DNA of 64,000 bases from assembly GCA_003427395.1 (NCBI GenBank), contig BFEA01000014.1, positions 2,983,663-3,047,662 on the forward strand. The letters run 5' to 3'. Below the pieces are notes generated by a model. That model was given only the letters and a program-made list of their open reading frames with translations. It was not told where the DNA came from and ran no database searches. A program made the position numbers and the translations under genes. The first letter of the stretch is position 1. Every line of letters starts with the position of its first letter. Positions 58,610 through 64,000 of the stretch are shown piece by piece. The DNA is from Chara braunii. Taxonomy: Eukaryota; Plantae; Charophyceae.

Positions 58610-61600
58610 CGAGCACGGTCATAGGCACGCACGGTGACGCACCAACATGCAAGCGTGCTGCAAGTGCTTGAGGGGCTCCCAGGTAGCCACCTCATCGCGG
58701 TAACCCTTCCAACGTACAAGTTACTCGACGTGAGGAGGGTTGTCGTCAGTGAATCGATGACCAATTACGTCTGACACGAGGAACTCCTCGTGGTCGTCCA
58801 CCATGATGGGTGGAGGGCGCTCGTATGGTCGTCTAGTGAAACGCTCAGGCGGTCTGCAGTAGGGACGCAATAACGAGACGTGGTAAATATCGTGCACACG
58901 AGCCTAGCGTAGGTAGTCAGGCAGCTTCACACGGAAGCTGAGGGGGCTAGAAACCGTATCAGAACTGACGGCCTGGAGCATGCGGCATGAGCCAAAGAAG
59001 CGATGTCGGAACTTGCGAAGCGTGTCTGCTTCGAGCTGTAAGTGTCGGGTGTTGATAAGCACATCATTACCGACTTTGAATGGATGATTCATCCTCGATC
59101 GGTTTGCACATGCGGCCATGCGAGTCTGGGAAGCGGCTATGTGCTCATGCGCAGTTTTCATGATCGACGTCATGTGTGCGACCCAATCATCCAAAGCGTG
59201 GCAACTCGTGTCGGGGTGCATCTCTGACGGTCGAAGGAAGTCCGCGGGAACACGAGTGTGATAGGTGAGGTCGGAATAGTAAGGCGACATCCCCGTGGCT
59301 GGCGAGACGATGTGGTTGTAGGTTATCTCCGCGTGGGCAAGATGGAGATCCCACTGCTGGTCATCACGAATAACCTTTCCGAGAATATCTCCGAGGGTCC
59401 TGTTCGTGACCTCGGTCTGGCCATCAGTCTGGGGATGGTAAGACGAGGAGAAGCGGAGCTGGGTGTCGTACACCTCGTGGAGCCGTCGCCAGGATCGGTT
59501 GGTAAAGAGCGGGTCACGGTCAGATATGATGCTCAGAGGTAAGTCGTGGTCACGCATGACTTGGTCAAACACAATGTCGGCGACCTCACGTGCACTGATG
59601 GCATAGCAGCACGGAACAAAGCGTGCGCGCTTCGTGAACCGGTCGACGATGACCAGGATAGCATCATGACCACGAGGGGTAGGAGGACGAAGAGGACCGA
59701 TAAGTCCATCGAGATGAACTGCCAACAACCCTCGGGGATAAGAAGAGGCTGGAGCAAACCATAAGGCATGTGATCTGTATTGTTCACCTCCTGACAGGTG
59801 GGGCACTCTGCGACGTAGTCCTTCACAAAGTCCTTGCGCTTCGGCCAGATGTACAGGCGGCTCACATGAACCAACGTCTTGTGGAAGCCTATATGACCGG
59901 CGGATGCCTGATCATCGAACTCTACTACTGCCCGGACACGTAGCTGTCCACTGGAGGGAACGCAAATACGGGGCTCTCTGGTGCCATGTGAACCGTGTAA
60001 GTACACAAGATCGTTGTCCCCGAGAGAGGAGTTTGGGACGGTCTTGCCACTCCGAAGGGTCGCATGGATGTTGCGATAATCGCGGCAGTGGCAGTACTGA
60101 GTGTGAAACTCGTCAGTCACCGAGTGGTGGATGCCACTGGATGGTGGTGACCGACATGGCAGCGAGATGGATCTGCTTTAGATTATGGCTAGGGCGCCGG
60201 GATAAGGCATCTGCGACCCGATTGGTCTCACCCTTTATGTGCTCATTGGCGAAACTAAACTCGGATAGGTCGCTCCACCAGCGAGCCTGTCGAGGAGTGA
60301 GCTTCGACTTTGTCAGGAAAGCCTGGACAACCGAGTTGTCTGTGCGCACCGTGAATAGTGCCCCGTGCAGGTAGTGACGTCAGTGTCGAGTGACATAAAG
60401 TACAGCAAGAACCTCACGTTCATCAGCAGTGTAGTTTATCTCGGCGGGCTTGAGCTGGCAGGAGTAGAAGGCTATCGGACAATCGCCTGAGCGAGACTCG
60501 ACAGTGTCGTCCTCAGCGATGGTAGGAGAATAGTCAATAGAAGGCTCGTCATTAGCTGGACGAGTAGGCATCAAGCGGGAAGCAGTGGTAGGGGTAGGGG
60601 GTGGGAAGCGAGGGATGTTAGGATGCGAGGAATCAGAAAAGGAGGGGAAAATCTGAAAAATCACTGCTCCGACAATAAAGTCTGACGAATCGGTGGTAAG
60701 GATAAAAGGGCAATCAAAATCGGGTAGGTGGAGAACCGGTGCACATGTCACCACCTTCGTGAGGGTGTGGAAGGCGTCCTCGTGGAGGGGTGTCCAAGCC
60801 CATAGTTGGTTCTTCCGAAGGAGGGTAGAGGTAAGGATGTAGGAATACTTAGCGTATCCCTAGTCCCTGGATGAAATTACTATAATAACTAGCGAGGCCT
60901 AGGAAACTACGAAGCTGTTTGGTGGATGTGGGGACGGGCCACTCCGCAATAGCAGTGATGTTCGCATCGTCCATGTGGAGACCCTGGTCAGACACGTAGT
61001 GTCCTAAGAAATCCACTTTATGCTGGGCAAAGCGGCACTTGCTCAGCTCGGCGTAGAAACTATGTCTGCGCAAACGGTCAAGGACGTCGCGGAGATGTCT
61101 AAGATGTTCCTCAAGGGTACGACTGTAGATTAGGATATCGTCGAGGTAGACGAGAACGTACTACTCCAGGATGTCCATGAAGATGTCGTTCATCGCCCTC
61201 TGGAAGGTAGCGGGTACGTTGGTGAGGCCGAATGGCATCACTGTAAACTCATAGTGGCCGAAGCGCGATCAGAACGCTGTCTTCGGCTGGTCCGCTGCAG
61301 CGATGCAGATCTGATGGTAACCTCTACGATGATCAATCTTCGTAAAGAAGTGGTTGCCTGCTAGGCGGTGGAACACTCGTCGGAACGAGGCATGGGGTTG
61401 CTATTCTTAACTGTGTAGCGGTTGAGCCCGCGATAGTGGATGCAGAGATGGAGAGTTTCATCCGCTTTGCGAGCAAAGAGGACGGGTGCACCCCACGGGG
61501 AGTTGCTGGGTTTAATGAAACCCAGTCTCAAAAGCTCCTCAAGTCGACGCTTAAGTTCAGTGGTCTCAGGGATCGAGAGTCTGTAGGGTGCCTGGTGGTG

Positions 61601-62671
61601 AACATGATAGTCAAGCACAAGGTGGATGGAGTATTCGACATCGCGCATCAGTGGGATGCCGGCGTATGAGAACGACGATGGGAAAACGTTGTGGTACTCT
61701 TGAATGAGGTCACGAAATGCGGGCTTCAGGTCGGCCGTATAGTGTGCAAGTTCCTCAGCGTCAGCGTCAGCGTCAGCGCGCGACGACGACGTGGACTTGA
61801 CGGACGGCGGAGGGCGATAAATAGAGATGGAAGCCATGAAGATAGAAGGAGGATCTGGCTCCAGAGAGATAAGCTCGGCGTCTGGACAAGGTGGATCATA
61901 GTGCAAGAGATCCTTAACATTCACCATAAAGAAGGTGACGCCGTCATGTCGGATGAAGTGGGCAAACTGCCGAGGCGAGGTGATGCTGATAATAGGAGAT
62001 GGTGTGGTCACGGAAGGCTCCGGGGGAGGTGGATTGGGGCGTGGTGTCGCAGTGGTACCTATGAAAGGTACGCGATACGTCTGTCCAATCTTCGTTCTGA
62101 GAACGAGAGTGTTGGTCACCCAATCGGCCTTGATGCTACGAAACCTACGAGACCACGGAGTACCGAGAATGAAGTCGTACCTCGTCTCCATCACATCGAA
62201 ATGTGCAGAGGAGCGGTGACGACGAGATGCGAGGGGACGATCAGTCGGCTCTAGAGTGAGGAAGAAAGGGAGGTCGGTGACCATCTGATCGAAGAAGCGT
62301 TGGGTCTTGTCATCCCCTAGGGTGACGAAGATGAGAGTCGGAGACCCTGTCGTGGGTAAGCGGGCTTCCTTCACCACGCGTGGGGGAATGAAGTCGCCCT
62401 GAGAACCAGAATCCCACAACGCTGAGTACACCCTCGTGGAGGTCCCCAATCGTACTGGAATGAGAGGGAGGGTGCGATCAGGGTCAGAGAGGATGGCGAG
62501 AAGGCGACACAATGCAGCGACATGGAGGGTGAGTCGCTCTTGACGAACTTGGAGCATGCTCAAGTCCAGAAGGGAGAACAAAACGTCCTCGCGAGTCGCA
62601 AGTTGCTCGCTGCAACGGGCTGAGCGAGTGGCTCGACGCGTCGATAGTCGCGAAGAGGTAGGAGATAACAT
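58610..62671 (-). mobile_element. Ty3/Gypsy chromovirus pol remnant (PR-RT-RH-IN-chromodomain)
   Basis: LWDSGS protease; [21 protein letters not shown]; LTTDSS...EREVLAV RNase H; GHIG...CPTCQ and SSYHPQTDGQTE integrase; EEFLVSDVIGHR...VRWKGY...TWEP chromodomain. gag and LTR boundaries not identified. Confidence 0.93.
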
Positions 62672-63929
62672 AAAATTTAGTTTAATTTACAAGCTGAAAT
62701 CATGCTTGAAATTTGAACTTTCAGTGTAACAACAAACATTTTCATCCATATCATGACTTTTGGTTTTTATTCAAGTGTCTAGTTGACTTTCCTCCATCAA
62801 TGATAATTACTTCTTCCTTGGAAAAATGAGGCACATTTTTTTTGCTTGTGAGGCTGGTTCGGACTTTCTTTTTCTTTTTCATTCGTCACAACAGTCTGCC
62901 CTTTTGTGGGCAAAGGTCATGGTGGTGCTGGTTCCTGGCCATTGTGCCGCAGGGACTGCGAAAGGTGGGCGGGGTCTGCCGTTGGAAAATTGCAGGTTGG
63001 GCATCCATGTGGTTTTCCGCGTTGCAAGCAATCTGGAAGGGGAGTTAGGTCCACCTTACCCACACTACCGGCATCTGCCACATGCCTTGCCCATGCTACA
63101 GAGTCAGGTCTTGCAAATGTCCTGCACTGGTCGGTAGGCCGTCCACCGTTGTTGGCCGTCCAGTTACGCAATAGTTTATCTTGCAGGACCACCATCGCCC
63201 AAGAATAAATAAAAAATAAAACAAACGAAAATCAAGTCTCTCGTAGATGATCTAGGCGAGGTCATTTATTGTGTCACGAGGGTGCTGTGCTCTGGGCGTT
63301 TGCCGATTCATTGTGCAGAGAGGGTGGTTTGCTCAGGGTGGTTGCCGAGGACTGGGTGGGTGAAAAGGGGAAAGGCTGCAGAAGGGGGGTTGTCTTTGGA
63401 GTCAGGAGAGGTGTATTTTCACGTGCTCATGCCGATGCCCCCACTTGGATGGTCATAGCAAGTGACACTAACCTGAACGCGGCGAGAAGGTTAGTCGTCC
63501 TTTGTCCTCCTACATCATCCTTTTCCATATTTTCTCTGTTCTTCTCTTCTACTCCTTGCGGTCTTCCATCCCGACCACCTCCTCTTCCTCCTCAATTGTT
63601 TCTCTTCCCATCCTTTCCTAGTTCCCCCATTCCCTTTATCTAGTCTTCTTCTTCTCCTCCCTTCCTTTCCTTCTTTCTGCCCACCCTGTAGGTCCTTTGG
63701 CCTGCCAGATTATCGCCCTTTGCAGCTTTGCTGTCATATGCACACAAGGATCTACGTGCATCTGGTCCATGATCCGGAGAGAGATAGACAGAGACAAGGA
63801 AAGAGAGGAGGGAGCGCTAGAGAGAGGTAGGTAGTTCAACGATGCGATGTGTGGTGCTTTTTTGCTTATTTTTTTCTTTTTGTTATTGTTCGTCATACTC
63901 GTCTTCTTGTTCGCCGTTTGCAGGGGCAA

Positions 63930-63943
63930 GCACACACACACAG

Positions 63944-64000
<57 letters not shown>
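63930..64000. repeat. (CA)n microsatellite (also 52071-52102)
   Basis: Direct reading. Confidence 0.97.

Overview
Eukaryotic, repeat-saturated window with three N-gaps and no recognisable host protein-coding gene. Repeat content and microsatellites suggest a green alga or streptophyte such as Chara, which is inference only. It is a nest of decayed mobile elements. (1) Five L1/Tx1-clade non-LTR retrotransposons, one near full length (~4315-16010, minus strand). (2) A hAT DNA transposon (41792-50070, 8-bp TSD) that splits one LINE. (3) A chromodomain-bearing Gypsy pol remnant. (4) Mutator-like TIR/MITE pieces. Three things stand out. First, about 21 copies of a ~130-nt LINE 3'-terminal RNA module (hairpin + H-type pseudoknot + TGCTCNTATCA stem-loop + poly(A)), shared by divergent LINE families and supported by compensatory base changes visible in this window. 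Second, a nested U6 snRNA locus (31571-36415): one U6 copy sits antisense inside another and is itself split by a LINE with a 17-bp TSD and by a second insert. Third, a 718-bp CpG-rich, apparently coding insert of unknown origin placed precisely in the EN-RT linker of the near-full-length LINE. All alignments and folds were done by eye.
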